Positions 50,623-61,976 of a stretch of DNA of 64,000 nt are shown here, one piece after another. Each line of letters begins with the position of its first letter. Position 1 is the first letter of the stretch. This DNA comes from an uncultured delta proteobacterium (lineage in GTDB: Bacteria > Desulfobacterota > Binatia > Binatales > Binataceae). The notes under the pieces are model-generated. The model saw nothing but the letters and a program-made list of their open reading frames with translations, was not told where the DNA came from and did not search any database. The stretch lies in contig CAVQEQ010000003.1 in assembly GCA_963711565.1 (NCBI GenBank), positions 317,411-381,410 of the forward strand. Reading direction: 5' to 3'. Position numbers and translations under genes: made by a program.

Positions 50623-53600
50623 TCATTGCTTCGGCTCCTTGCCGCTGCCCTCGAGCTTGACGCTCTTGTCGTCACCCACCTCGAGGTTGGTGTCTATTGT
50701 GAGCGTGCCGCTGTACTTCATCGCGGCGGTCGGGGCGAATTCCACTGAGACTTCGCAACTGCCAGGGGCCACGCCTTTGGATTTCGGGCCGAGGTCATCG
50801 TCGTTGCATTCCTGGGTCAGCGTGAACGGACTCCCGACGCCGGATTCCATCTCGATCAGAATCGGCAGCGGGACCTTTTTCTTCTTTACCTTGCCCGCAT
50901 TGGTGATCTTGACCGTCTTGATCTTGTTGGAGCCCACCTCAACGGCGCCGAAATTCAGTCTCTTGGGCGAAATCTTTAGCTTGCCGGGGACCGGAGTCGG
51001 TGTTGCGGTTGGAGTCGCAGTGGCGGTCGCGGTTGCAGTTGCAGTGGCGGTGGCGGTTGGAGTCGGCGGAGTTAGTCCCACGACCGTGAATGGCCTGGAG
51101 TCGCTCGACGGATTGTATTGCGAGGTTCCAGGGAAGTTCGCGGCAAGTCTCATGAGTCCAGTGCCCGATGGCGTGATCTGACACGAGGCGTTGCCGTTGC
51201 TGTCGGTTGTGGCGCCGCATCCCGCGCCGCCGATGGTGAAGTTCACAGTTTCACCCGCAAGCGCGACTTGAGGAATCGCCGATTGATCCGTCAGGTTCGC
51301 CGTCACGGTGACAAGTTGGCTCGCGGCCGCGCTGGACGGGCTCGCGTTGAGAGTAAGGAAGGTCACATCCGATCCGGGTCCCCAGGTGATGACGGCCTGA
51401 TTCGAGACGAGCGACGAACTGGCCACGGTCGCCGAGGCTGAAATGGTATCCACTCCCTGATGGGTCGCGGTGTAGGTGAACGATGCCGCGCCGCCTACGC
51501 TGTTGGCCTCGACAAACTGCGGGTTCGCCCCGGTCACACCCAGCAAGACCGGCGTTCCATCGGTGACGGTGACATTGTGGAAGCGTGCCGTGAACGTCTG
51601 CGCGCTGCCCTGCGGCGGGTTGGGCGAGACGGTCGTAGGCGTCAGAACGAGCGATGGTGCCGAGAGGCTGGCCACAAAGCCGCAAGTGCCGTCGGGATTG
51701 CTGATCCTCAATACTTCGTTACCATTGGCAATATAGAGGCATCCGTCGGGACCGAAAGTCGCGTTCTCTGCCGCGGGGACGATGCCGCTATTCACCAGGA
51801 TAGAGCCGGTGCTGGGAGGGTTGGTGGTGAGATCAAGCGTGGCGACCGCGTCGCTGAGCGTGCCGATTGCGGTGCCGAAGATAAGGAACTGCGCTCCGCC
51901 GCCTTTTGCGGTTCCCGATGCGGCCAGAAATTCTGCCGCCGGCATCGGGCCGGAGAGCACGTTGACGGGAGCCGGTTGAGTGCCGGCGGTGCCGCCCACC
52001 TCGACGATTTGGCCGTCGCCGGCATTGCCGAACACGTAGATGGTCCCATCGGCCGCGAAGGTAATCTGGTAGTTGCCCTGATTGGGCAGGGTCGCGTAGG
52101 TGGAAACTGTGGGAGTGGTCGCAAGATTGGAGATACGCAGCAGCGCGCCGCTACCGTTGGGACCCTCGCAACCATCATCGACGAAGAGATCGCCACTGAG
52201 AGGATCGACCGCCATCTCGAGCGGGCAATTGAGATTCCCGGCAACGGTGTTGAGAACGGCGCCGGTGCTCGGATCGATTTGAAGCACGGCGCCGGTGCCC
52301 AGATTGCTGCCAGTCGAGCCGCGGACCGCGTAGAGGTTGCCGCCGTCGAATACCAGTTGGCCGAGGAGGGGACCGATGGTGCCAATCAGATTGCTCGCGC
52401 TCGCGGCGCCGCCGCCTGATGGAATCTTGTAAATGGCGCCGTTGAACTCCTCGCCTACATACAGATTGCCCGAAGCGTCGAACGCGAGGCCCCACGCCCC
52501 GGGGCATCCGCCAAAGTCTCCGCCTGCGTATGAGAAGTTTTCCGAAAACAATCCGGTGACATACGGAGTGACGAGGTACCCCGGTGCCGACATGGTATTT
52601 CCGTTTCCGCATCCCGTTTCGGGCCCGCTGCTGAAGGTCACCTGGGTGGTTTCGGGGAAGGCAAGATTGCCGTCGGTCACATCGGTCGCCGTGTAAGTGA
52701 CGGTCTCATCGTCAGTGTCATATCCTGTGAACACGATTTGGCCCGCGGAGTCGGTGACCTGCGGAATGGGCCCAGTGATGACAGAGTTGCCGGTCTGATT
52801 GAGCTGGATCTGCTTGCCCGGCGATGGACGCCCGAGTGTGTCCTCGAGCGTCACGGTAATAGTGGTGGGATGTGCGCCGTCAGCAGTGACGGTCGTCGGG
52901 AACGCAGTCAGCCCGGCCGACGTTGCGGGCGGCGGAACGAATGAGAGTGTAGGTTGCTGCGCCAAGATTACGCTGTCGGTCACATCCGTAGCAGTAAGAG
53001 TAAGATTTTCAGTGTTGAGATCGGTGATGGAAAAGACCGCGGCGCCGTCATTATCTGTCACGGCGAAGGGAGGGGTAATCGTGGCACTGCCGGCGGCTGC
53101 TGTTAGCGATACACTCTTACCACTGATTGGAAACCCGTTGGTGTCCGTAAGGACCGCCTGCGACAGCGCGGTGGTGACGCCGTCGGCGGGGGCAGAACCG
53201 TCCGCGTTGGCCCCTGCCGCGAATGCAACCGAGAGACTCGGGCTGGCCGCGCCTGGGGATAAGCCGGTTAGAGCCAGCCGCAACTGCAGAAAATCGGGCG
53301 ATCCCAAGCCGACGTGCGCGAAGTCGGAACCCAACGATGCCGCGGAGTGGAACGCATTGGTATTTGCCAGCGGATATAAATGCAAGTTGGCGTTGCCGAG
53401 GTTGGAGCCCAGCATCGCGTTCAGGGCGGCCGCGTAGGCCGCCCATTCCGGCGCCGCCATACTGGTCCCGCCAAAGCGACGCCCGCTCAGACAACCGCCC
53501 AAATCCGCCTGGCAAATCTGAAGGCCCTGCGCCGGGTCAGCATCAATCACCACGTCCGGTATCGAGCGCATCGTGGAGCCGCTCAATCCGCTTTGGTAAG

Positions 53601-55201
53601 CCGGGGCGGGGAAGAATTTACTTACGCCGTAACCACCCTGCCCCGTGGGTGGCGTATGACTGACGCCATTCCACCACGTCTCGCTCCCGTACGTCAGGCC
53701 GGGGCCGGGCGCGGGACTGGTGCCGCCGACAGCGGTCGCATTGGGAGAATCGGCAGGCACTCCGATGGTGTTTGCGCTGCCGTCAAGGCAGGTGGTGCCG
53801 GAATCGCCGCTGCCGTTAAAGACGCTAATCCCGCCCGCCGCGGCCGATTGGAGAACCGTATCAATGCTTTTCACCTCGGACAGTGACATCTGGTCTTCGC
53901 ACTCTGACCACGAGTTGCTGATGACAGTATCGCCATCGTCGATCATGGCTTGGAACATCGTCCCAAACGAGGTTCCATTGGGGGCGTCGTAAACGACGTA
54001 GCTGGTCGCGGGCAACGCAGCCAGCGACATTACCGTATCGACGTTGAGCAGAACCTCTGACTCCCCTGGTCCCGGTGTCGCCACGCCGCCGTCCACCGGC
54101 ACTGTGCTTAGCTGTCCGAAGTCGGCGCCGCCGCCGCCCACCTCCAACCAGTCTTGTACATCGCTGGGCGTGAATGTGTCGAACTCCAGCAGGCCGATTT
54201 TCTGTGGGTTGGTGCCCAGATTCGAGGCCGGGGCCGCTCGGGATGAATCTCTCGCGGCAGGTGCGCGCACACCGGCAAGGAAAGCGTTGTAGAAGTCGGC
54301 ACACCCCTTGTTGGTTGACCAAATAGAAGAGTCGATACCCGCCAAGAGAGAACAAAGCCCATAAGCCCAGCCCGACGCGAACGCAAAACCGAGGCAGGCT
54401 ACCTCGACAACCTCCGCCGCTGGCGGGGCCACCGTAATGATGCCGGCTTCCACAATACCAATCGCGGAAGGAGTGGTGGTCGGAGTTAACGGGAAACAGA
54501 ACGTCGTTGGTGACCTCCCAGTCCGGTGCGGACGCCGCAGGCCGGGCGGCCAGCCCGGTGTCCGGCGCCGAGCGGGACGGGATCGCGAGATTTGACAAAC
54601 CGGCAATCGATTGCACTCGCGACGCCAATTTGAGCGGCAACGCAGGATCGCCGTCATTGGCGCGAAAAGTCCGGCTACCGATGCGATAGTCCGCGATGCG
54701 CACGTCGAACGCGCGCTCTACATTCGCTCGCGTGCCGCGCATCGTGAGCGTCAAGCGATTCTTCGCGCCGCGTTCGAGTTTGAATCCCTTCGATACCATC
54801 CAGCGCAGGACGGAGTTGTACTCGGCGCGGCTCGGGCCGAAACGATTGGCAATCTGCCGCTGGGTCAGAAATTTGTGGAAATTTCTTGAATGCGGATCGT
54901 AGAGGTCCTGCAGGAAGCGCTCGAAGGACGGCTGATCGTCGCGCTTGAGCACGAGCGTCAGCGTGAGCGGCTCAGTTTCGCTGGTGACGCTCGAAGGAAC
55001 AATGGTTGCCTTCGACAGTGCCGGCAGCACGTAACCCGGCAGACGAACCATCGCGGGCGCGTCATCACCACGGTCGGCGCTCGCTGTTGCAATCGAGGGG
55101 CTAGCGAAGAAAAGCGAAGCTAACGAGAGAACCCACAGCCACAAACGAGCCAGAGAGAGAACTTTCATTTTCAACTCTCTTGATTTCGATCCCGCGTCCA
55201 C
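50623..55201 (-). CDS. giant secreted sedolisin (S53) peptidase paralogue with Big_1, propeller and choice-of-anchor-D domains; frameshifted near 54480
   Basis: The prodomain ORF 53861-55201 is real to about 54490. The main ORF 50623-54657 is real from about 54475. The C-terminal ~125 aa are near-identical to the paralogue. Confidence 0.7.
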
Positions 55202-55470
55202 CTTCGCAGGGCTCAGAAGCGAGCCAAGACTGAGCTAATCCAAGATATAGGGCAGCTAACTACTATTGCATTGAGATTGTGTCAAATAGTTCCTAGAAGC
55301 AGAACATGACTTCCAGCTCGCATTTCAGCTTCCAGCATGCATATTCCGGCGATTCGTGGCCATATATGGCGCTTGTGTGCCACAAACGGCGCGGCAGGAA
55401 ACCTAACCGCCGGAGAGATTATGTCGCCCCGGCGGTTTCGGGATCGGAATGGTCAAGCTGTTCTATCAGC

Positions 55471-57834
55471 TCATGGTCCGATCCCCGTCATGCTGATGTT
55501 ATGCGGGCTGTCGGGATCGCTGCCGACGCTCACCGCGATGCTCGCGCTCTCCGGCGATCCGCCGCCAGTCGGCATAAACGTCACCGCGATCGTGCAACTC
55601 GAGTTCGCCGCCACCATCGAGCCGCAGGTACCGCCGTTCAGAGCGAAATCGCTTGCGTTGGAGCCGGTGATGCTCGCACTCACAGACAACGAAGACCCCG
55701 ACAGGTTGGTGACTGTCACGTCCTTGGTCTTCGACGAAGTCCGCGCCGTCAGCGTGCCGAACGCGAGCGTAGCCGCCGGTGTGACCGTTGCCGGGATCGT
55801 CGAGCCAGTGGTGAATCCAACCGTGTACGAATCAAGCGGGTCGGGAGAGTCGGTAACCGTCATTGACGTCGCTTCCGTGCCCAGCGCGGTCGGTGCGTAG
55901 GTAACAATCAGTGTGCAAGTCGACTTGGCCCCGAGGGTCGAAGTGCAGGTGCCGCCCGTGACGCCGAAGTCACCGGCGTTCAGGCCGCTGAAGGTCGGCG
56001 GGAGCGTCAGCGAAACCGCGTTGGTCTGATAATTGTGCACCGTGATCGTCTTGGTCTTGCTGGAGCCAATCTTCACGCTGCCGAAGGCGAAGCTGGCGGG
56101 CGTAACGGCCATAGTGATCGTGCCGGTGCCGGTGAGCGTCACATGCTGCGGGCTGGTGGCGGTGTTGTCTTCGACCGAAAGAGATGCGCTGCGCGCGCCA
56201 AGCGCGTTGGGCCTGAAGCCGATCGCGATGGTGCAGCTGGTCAGCGGCGCGATTCCGCCCGCTAGGCAGGTAGTGGTACCGGTGGAGGCGAATTCAGGGT
56301 CAGACGAGGTCACATGAACGAACAGCGGGTTGGTGTGGCCGGTGTTCCTGACGGTGAGGTTCTTCACGATCTTGTCGCCAACCGGCGAGTTGCCGAGTGC
56401 CAGCGAGGCAGCCACCGAAATCGTGGTCGGAGCGTTGGCGATCTCATACACGGTGCCATTGGCGACAACACCGAAAGAGCCGCCGTCCAGAGTCGTGCCG
56501 TAGAGATTGCCGATCGGATCGATGAGCAGGCTCGCCCAGGGCAGAGAGCCGTCGGTGGTGGCGGGGTTGCCAAAGTTCCAGAGGATTGTCTCGCCCCAGC
56601 TTCCCCCGCCCATCGTAGGCGGAGTCAGCTTGTACGCCGTGCCCCCTACATAAGGTTCATCGCTATAGAGCCCGCCGTATTCGGTGGTGCCGTAGACATT
56701 GCCGTTCGGATCGATCACCACGCCGCCCACCGGGGAAAAGCCGTCCGTGCCGTTGTCCTGAAAATTCCAGAGAACTTGCTCGGTCCACGAACCCCCGCCG
56801 CTGCCCGGAGGTGACAGCTCGAACGCCGTCCCGACTCCGCTTACGCCGGTTGCAAAATCCGCGGAAGTCCCGCCTAACGCGGTCGTGCCGTAGATATTGC
56901 CCAGCCTATCCATTATCAGGCCGGACACCGGTTGGGCGCCGTCATCGACGCTGCTGGGGCCGTAGGTGTCGCCAAAGTTCCAGAGGACCGAATAGCCACC
57001 GCCCGAAGTGATCTCGAACAACACTCCGCCCGGGTCAGAACTGCCATAGTTGCTCCCGCCGCCCGAAGTCGTGCCGAAGAGATCGCCGCTGCCATCTCCA
57101 ATCACGCCGGCATAGGGAAGAAAGCCGTTAAGGCCGGGATTGCCGGCGCCACCTTCAGCGAATTGCATCAGGATTTTCTCGGTCCACCCCGGACCGCTTG
57201 AGGGCGGTGATAGCTCGTACACCGTCCCATCGAAGCCCGGGCCGTCAAACGTCTGACCTTCGAGCGTCGTGCCGAACAGATTGCCGTTCTTATCCATGAT
57301 CAGGCCGGAAGTGGGCTCATAGCCGTCGGTGACGGCGGGGTTGCCAAAGCTCCAGAGAATCGTCTCGGTCCAAGGTCCCCCACTTATGATGGGCGGTGAC
57401 AGCTCCCACGCGGCGCCAAGATTGTAAGCGCCTCCAGCCTGAGTCGTCCCGTACAGGTTGCCGTGCGAATCCATCACCAGGCCGGATCCCCAGGTCCAGG
57501 GGAGATAGCCGTCGGTGCCGTTGTTGTTGAAGTTCCAGAGGATTGTCTGCGTCCACATTCCGCCGCCGGTCGTCGGCGGTGACAGCTCGTACACGACGCC
57601 CTCGCTGTGAGTCCCGCCGTTGGGAGCCGTGCCGTAGAAATTACCCTGCCCATCCTCGATCAGGCTGGAATGGGGGTAAGACCCGGTCGCTCCTGTGCCG
57701 CCTGAGTTGAAGTTGAAAAGCACGCTCTCGCTAGGACTTGGGCCGGAGTCGCTGTGAGCGCTTAAGCTCACCATCGCTAGCGTAAGGAGAAGGCCGAGAA
57801 TGATCAGCGGGAATGTCGGTTTTGAAAATCGCAA
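55471..57834 (-). CDS. secreted tandem-repeat (Gloeo_Verruco/GloVer-like) protein with three C-terminal choice-of-anchor-D-like domains
   Basis: At least 10 repeats of ~45 aa (G.LYGTT..GG....G.VYELSPP...W.E.ILW.F), then three ~110-aa Ig-like domains. Confidence 0.75.
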   Translation of the reverse strand: MRFSKPTFPLIILGLLLTLAMVSLSAHSDSGPSPSESVLFNFNSGGTGATGSYPHSSLIEDGQGNFYGTAPNGGTHSEGVVYELSPPTTGGGMWTQTILWNFNNNGTDGYLPWTWGSGLVMDSHGNLYGTTQAGGAYNLGAAWELSPPIISGGPWTETILWSFGNPAVTDGYEPTSGLIMDKNGNLFGTTLEGQTFDGPGFDGTVYELSPPSSGPGWTEKILMQFAEGGAGNPGLNGFLPYAGVIGDGSGDLFGTTSGGGSNYGSSDPGGVLFEITSGGGYSVLWNFGDTYGPSSVDDGAQPVSGLIMDRLGNIYGTTALGGTSADFATGVSGVGTAFELSPPGSGGGSWTEQVLWNFQDNGTDGFSPVGGVVIDPNGNVYGTTEYGGLYSDEPYVGGTAYKLTPPTMGGGSWGETILWNFGNPATTDGSLPWASLLIDPIGNLYGTTLDGGSFGVVANGTVYEIANAPTTISVAASLALGNSPVGDKIVKNLTVRNTGHTNPLFVHVTSSDPEFASTGTTTCLAGGIAPLTSCTIAIGFRPNALGARSASLSVEDNTATSPQHVTLTGTGTITMAVTPASFAFGSVKIGSSKTKTITVHNYQTNAVSLTLPPTFSGLNAGDFGVTGGTCTSTLGAKSTCTLIVTYAPTALGTEATSMTVTDSPDPLDSYTVGFTTGSTIPATVTPAATLAFGTLTARTSSKTKDVTVTNLSGSSLSVSASITGSNASDFALNGGTCGSMVAANSSCTIAVTFMPTGGGSPESASIAVSVGSDPDSPHNISMTGIGP

Positions 57835-57975
57835 GACTAATCGCCTATTTGCCTAACGTGAGTTACTAATGATTCACGAAGCGTTTATATCTCTTACTTT
57901 GACGCTATATTTCGTACTAAAAGTTACTGTTGCGATACTTGACGTACGGCTACGGCATTTGACCCAAGCCGGGCA

Positions 57976-59094
57976 ATGGGGAAATGTACCCCCTACTCCT
58001 CAATGACCGAGTGGCGACAATACGAGACGTTGGTGCGTCTGCTTCCGGAGTTGTATTCAGCGCAGACGCTCGAAACCTTGCCGAAGCACGTAACTGGCCT
58101 GCTTCCGCGATTGATGGGGGTCGATTCGTCCGGCTACAACGAAACCAACTTCGCGCGCCGTCGGTTCGAGGCCCTCTCGCATCCTTCAGCGGAGGCGTGC
58201 GGAATTCCCAATGCGCCCGAAACCCTCGCCCGCCTGATGCATCAGCATCCGATGGTCGTGCACAATCGCAACGGCGACCAGCGCGCGCTGAAGATGTCGG
58301 ACCTGATTTCGCAACGACGGTTTCATCGGCTTGAGCTGTACGACATGGTCTATCGGCCGACGCGGGTCGAATACCTGATGACCGGGGGATTCAAGCTGTC
58401 CCGGGCCGGCGACATCGTAACGGTCGGCTTCGGACGCGAAACGAGGGACTTCAGCGAAGACGAGCGGGATTTGCTGAATCTGTTTCTGCCGCATCTGCGA
58501 CAGGCCTATGCGAACGCAGACGCGATGACGACGTTCCAGAGCCAACTCGAAGGCCGCCAACAATTTCTCGAAGAGCAGTTGAATACGGCGGCCGTCGTCG
58601 TTCAGGACCTGGCGATCAAACACGCAAGCCGGCTCGCGATCCGATGGCTGTCGAGCTTTTTCCGCGACGATCCAGCTCGCAATGACAAGCTTCCCGACCG
58701 GCTCGAGCGGTGGGTTCGGTTCTGCCAAACCTCGATGGACGGCACGCAGTCCGAGATCAAGCCGTGCTCGCCGTTGACGGTGGAATCAGAGGAGGCGCGC
58801 CTCGAAATCCGGATGCTCAAGACCAGTCGGGACGGCGAGGTCGTTCTGTTGCTGAAGCGCGAGACCACTCGCGATTGTCCGGAGATGCTGCAGCGACGGC
58901 TGGGCCTCGCTCCGCGCGAAGCGGAAGTACTGTTTTGGATATCGAAGGGCAAGACTAGCCGCGAGACCGCCGCGATTTTGTCGATCACGCGCAAGACCGT
59001 GGACCATCACGTCGAACGCATTCATCGGAAGCTCGGCACCGAGACCCGCACCGCGGCCGCCGCAATCGCATGGAACGCGATGCGCGATTCCTAG
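57976..59094 (+). CDS. LuxR-family (GerE HTH) transcriptional regulator with an uncharacterised N-terminal domain
   Basis: C-terminal EAEVLFWISKGKTSRETAAILSITRKTVDHHVERIHRKLG. Confidence 0.8.
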   Translation: MGKCTPYSSMTEWRQYETLVRLLPELYSAQTLETLPKHVTGLLPRLMGVDSSGYNETNFARRRFEALSHPSAEACGIPNAPETLARLMHQHPMVVHNRNGDQRALKMSDLISQRRFHRLELYDMVYRPTRVEYLMTGGFKLSRAGDIVTVGFGRETRDFSEDERDLLNLFLPHLRQAYANADAMTTFQSQLEGRQQFLEEQLNTAAVVVQDLAIKHASRLAIRWLSSFFRDDPARNDKLPDRLERWVRFCQTSMDGTQSEIKPCSPLTVESEEARLEIRMLKTSRDGEVVLLLKRETTRDCPEMLQRRLGLAPREAEVLFWISKGKTSRETAAILSITRKTVDHHVERIHRKLGTETRTAAAAIAWNAMRDS

Positions 59095-59162
59095 CGTTCT
59101 CTTCCTATCGATTTCGTCTCGATTGTTGAACGCGGCGCGGCCTCAGCGAGCCGGGCAGCCGT

Positions 59163-59555
59163 TTATGACTTCGGCTTGCTGGTGTCGCGGCGGAAGCGGC
59201 TGAAGAACATCACGATCACGCCCCACAGCACCATCAGCAGTGCGATCCCGATCACGCCGAGACCGACGCCTGCCAGGATTCCCGTCGCGCATAGGACAGC
59301 GCCGATCACGAACAGCGGGATTGCGAATGCGATCGGATTGAACGGATCGTTGCGCGCCGCCCGCTCGACCATCGCCGCCGCCTGCTCGGACGTGCCCGCA
59401 TCCTCGTTGCTCTCCTTGAGCAGGCTCACCGCGTAGTCGGTGAGTTCCTGCCGATTGGGCATCGCGCGCAGACGGTCGGCGAGCTCTTTGGCAAGCTCCT
59501 CGACGCGTTCGTCGTTGGACTGGGACTCAGAGTCGGGTTTGTTGGATTCAGCCAC
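59163..59555 (-). CDS. hypothetical membrane protein
   Basis: Acidic N-terminus and two C-terminal TM helices. Confidence 0.5.
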   Translation of the reverse strand: MAESNKPDSESQSNDERVEELAKELADRLRAMPNRQELTDYAVSLLKESNEDAGTSEQAAAMVERAARNDPFNPIAFAIPLFVIGAVLCATGILAGVGLGVIGIALLMVLWGVIVMFFSRFRRDTSKPKS

Positions 59556-59735
59556 GCTGCGCTTGGGGTTTCTTCTCGATCGCAGTTAACACCTATCGGA
59601 CATGAGATCGAATTGTCAACGAAGCGGCAAGCTCACGCGTTCTCACGGCAGGCTCGGCCGACGCAAGCCGGCTCTCATTTTGAAATTTACGATTCGCTCT
59701 TGTTGGTCTCGTTCCACTTCGGACAGAGTGTATGC

Positions 59736-60872
59736 ATGCGCATCAATATTCTTCTTCTTTCAGTCGCGATCGCCCTGTTGCCGCGGATCGCGACGGCTCA
59801 AGACAGCTGCGGCACGCCCAGCGCCGGCAGCGATCATTGGCCCGTGGCGAATAGTGACAGCGTGGGAATCTCGAGTACGACGCTCTGCCCGATGGTAAAG
59901 TGGCTGAACGACTGGAAGGAAGGCAATGTTCATTCCGTTTTGGTTGTCCGTCACGGCAAGCTCGTGTTCGAGCACTACTTCACGGGCATCGACGAGAAGC
60001 TGGGCAACCCCCTCGGCGAAGTAACGTTCGGCCCCGAAACCCGGCACGACGCGCGCTCGATGACCAAGAGCGTTACCGACTTGCTGGTCGGGATAGCCAT
60101 CGATCGCGGCTGGATCAAAAGCATAGACGCGAGCGTGTTCTCTTTCTTTCCTCAATATGCGGATCTTCGTACGCCGGAGAAGGATCGGATCACGCTACGC
60201 CATCTGCTGACGATGTCTTCCGGATTGGAGTGGCACGAGTTCGATACTCCCTATACCAGTGACGCCAACAGCGAGAATCAGATGGACAACGCCAAAGATC
60301 CCTACCGCTATGCACTTCAGCAGCCGGTCGTGGCGCCGCCGGGGCGCGTGTGGAACTACAATTCGGGATCAACAGAATTGCTCGGCGCGATTCTCCGCAA
60401 AGCGACCGGCAAGCCGCTCGATCAATTGGCTCGGTCGCTACTCTTCGAGCCACTCGGGATAACGGACGTTGAGTGGTACAAATATGCGCAAGGTAATCCC
60501 AGCGCCGCGGCCGGCCTTCGTCTGCGGCCGCGGGATCTCGCGAAAATCGGCCAACTTGTATTACAGCGCGGCGCCTGGAACGGCAAGCAAATCGTCTCCG
60601 CGGGATGGATCGACGCGTCAACCACGCCTCAAATCAATGGTTTCCTGGTCTTCTTCTACGGCTACCAATTCTGGCTCGGCCGTTCGCTCGTCGATAGGCA
60701 TCCCGTGGATTGGGCGGCCGCATGGGGACTAGGAGGACAGCGCGTGTTTATCATTCCCGATCTTGATCTTGTCGTCGTGGTGACGGCCGGCCTTTACCGA
60801 AGCGACATCCAGGCCCAGGTGCCTCTCAAGATCCTCAACCAGTACGTGTTGAGCGCTGTCCAGACGCGCTAG
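59736..60872 (+). CDS. serine hydrolase of the beta-lactamase/transpeptidase family
   Basis: SMTKS (SxxK) active-site motif and signal peptide. Start at MRINILLL. Confidence 0.8.
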   Translation: MRINILLLSVAIALLPRIATAQDSCGTPSAGSDHWPVANSDSVGISSTTLCPMVKWLNDWKEGNVHSVLVVRHGKLVFEHYFTGIDEKLGNPLGEVTFGPETRHDARSMTKSVTDLLVGIAIDRGWIKSIDASVFSFFPQYADLRTPEKDRITLRHLLTMSSGLEWHEFDTPYTSDANSENQMDNAKDPYRYALQQPVVAPPGRVWNYNSGSTELLGAILRKATGKPLDQLARSLLFEPLGITDVEWYKYAQGNPSAAAGLRLRPRDLAKIGQLVLQRGAWNGKQIVSAGWIDASTTPQINGFLVFFYGYQFWLGRSLVDRHPVDWAAAWGLGGQRVFIIPDLDLVVVVTAGLYRSDIQAQVPLKILNQYVLSAVQTR

Positions 60873-60931
60873 GTAGGAGTCAAACAGAGATGTAGCCGGA
60901 GATGAGAAGCTCGTGACGCCACGGCGGCAAC

Positions 60932-61549
60932 TCAGACGTTTTTGCGCGCGACGATCACCGTGTGCACCGACATCGGGCTGGCCTTTGCGTTGCGCTCGAG
61001 CGTGATCGGATGGCCCTTGAGCACATCCCTCTTGCGCAGCTTGGTGGTCCATCCCAGTTGCCGCGCGACCGGATTGAATATCGTATTGAGAAACGCGACC
61101 ACCGGGTTGGCGCTCTGGAAATGCGTCGTGATCGCGATCCGCCCGCCCGGCCTACACACCCGCACCATCTCCGACATCATCCGGTACGGATCGGGCACCA
61201 CGGTGAGAACGTGAAATGACGTGACGTAGTCGAAGCTGTTGTCGGGATAGTCGAGGTTCAGCGCGTCGCCCTGCCGCAGCTCGATATGTCCCCAGCCGTT
61301 CTCGGTCACGCGGTTTTTTGCCCGCGCGAGCATGTCGGCCGACGGGTCGATCGCGACGACATGCGCGTACGGCGGATATCCGTCGAGGGCGATTCCAGTG
61401 CCGACGCCGACTTCGAGCACGCGGTTGCCGGGCCTGAGATTCAGGCTCTCGATAACCTCGTGCTCGCGATCGACAAAAACCCGGCCGAAGAAAAAATCGT
61501 AGAATCGCGCCAGATCGGAATAGACGCGGCTCTCATGCGGTTGGGACAT
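60932..61549 (-). CDS. class I SAM-dependent methyltransferase
   Basis: VLEVGVGTG motif I. Confidence 0.85.
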   Translation of the reverse strand: MSQPHESRVYSDLARFYDFFFGRVFVDREHEVIESLNLRPGNRVLEVGVGTGIALDGYPPYAHVVAIDPSADMLARAKNRVTENGWGHIELRQGDALNLDYPDNSFDYVTSFHVLTVVPDPYRMMSEMVRVCRPGGRIAITTHFQSANPVVAFLNTIFNPVARQLGWTTKLRKRDVLKGHPITLERNAKASPMSVHTVIVARKNV

Positions 61550-61618
61550 CGAAGAAACTCCCTTGGGTAGGACGCAGCCCAGGAGATCAGTGCGGGACGG
61601 GATCTACGGCGCGCCGGT

Positions 61619-61813
61619 TCAGGCCGCCGCGTTGATTCCCCGCAACTGACGTTTGACAGAAGTTATATCACGTTTGCGAAATCGCCACTGGCGGCCTTTT
61701 TTGAAGGCCGGAATAATATTGCGCCGCGCGAACTCATTCACCGTGTCCGGGCTCAGGTCGAGCATGAACGCGACTTCGCGGGAGTTGAGCAGTATGTCGT
61801 CTTTATCGGCCAT
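61619..61813 (-). CDS. helix-turn-helix (excisionase/MerR-like) DNA-binding protein
   Basis: 64 aa. SREVAFMLDLSPDTVNEFARRNIIPAFKKGRQWRFRKRD. Confidence 0.55.
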   Translation of the reverse strand: MADKDDILLNSREVAFMLDLSPDTVNEFARRNIIPAFKKGRQWRFRKRDITSVKRQLRGINAAA

Positions 61814-61976
61814 GTGAGTCCAACAAGACGCCTTTCAGGGGATTTTGTCGGGACGCGATTTTGTAGTATGCGCCCATCGCCGAAGTCAAGTTAAGAGCCG
61901 CCGAGAACCGAAACTTTGCTCACACCCAGCCAAGTGCTTGAGTTTCAACTGCATCATTCAGCTTCATTAACGCTAA

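Noticed and set aside
56033-56317. Several 60-190-aa plus-strand ORFs inside 55300-57200
   Set aside because: They are antisense to the GloVer-repeat protein gene and are repetitive shadow frames.
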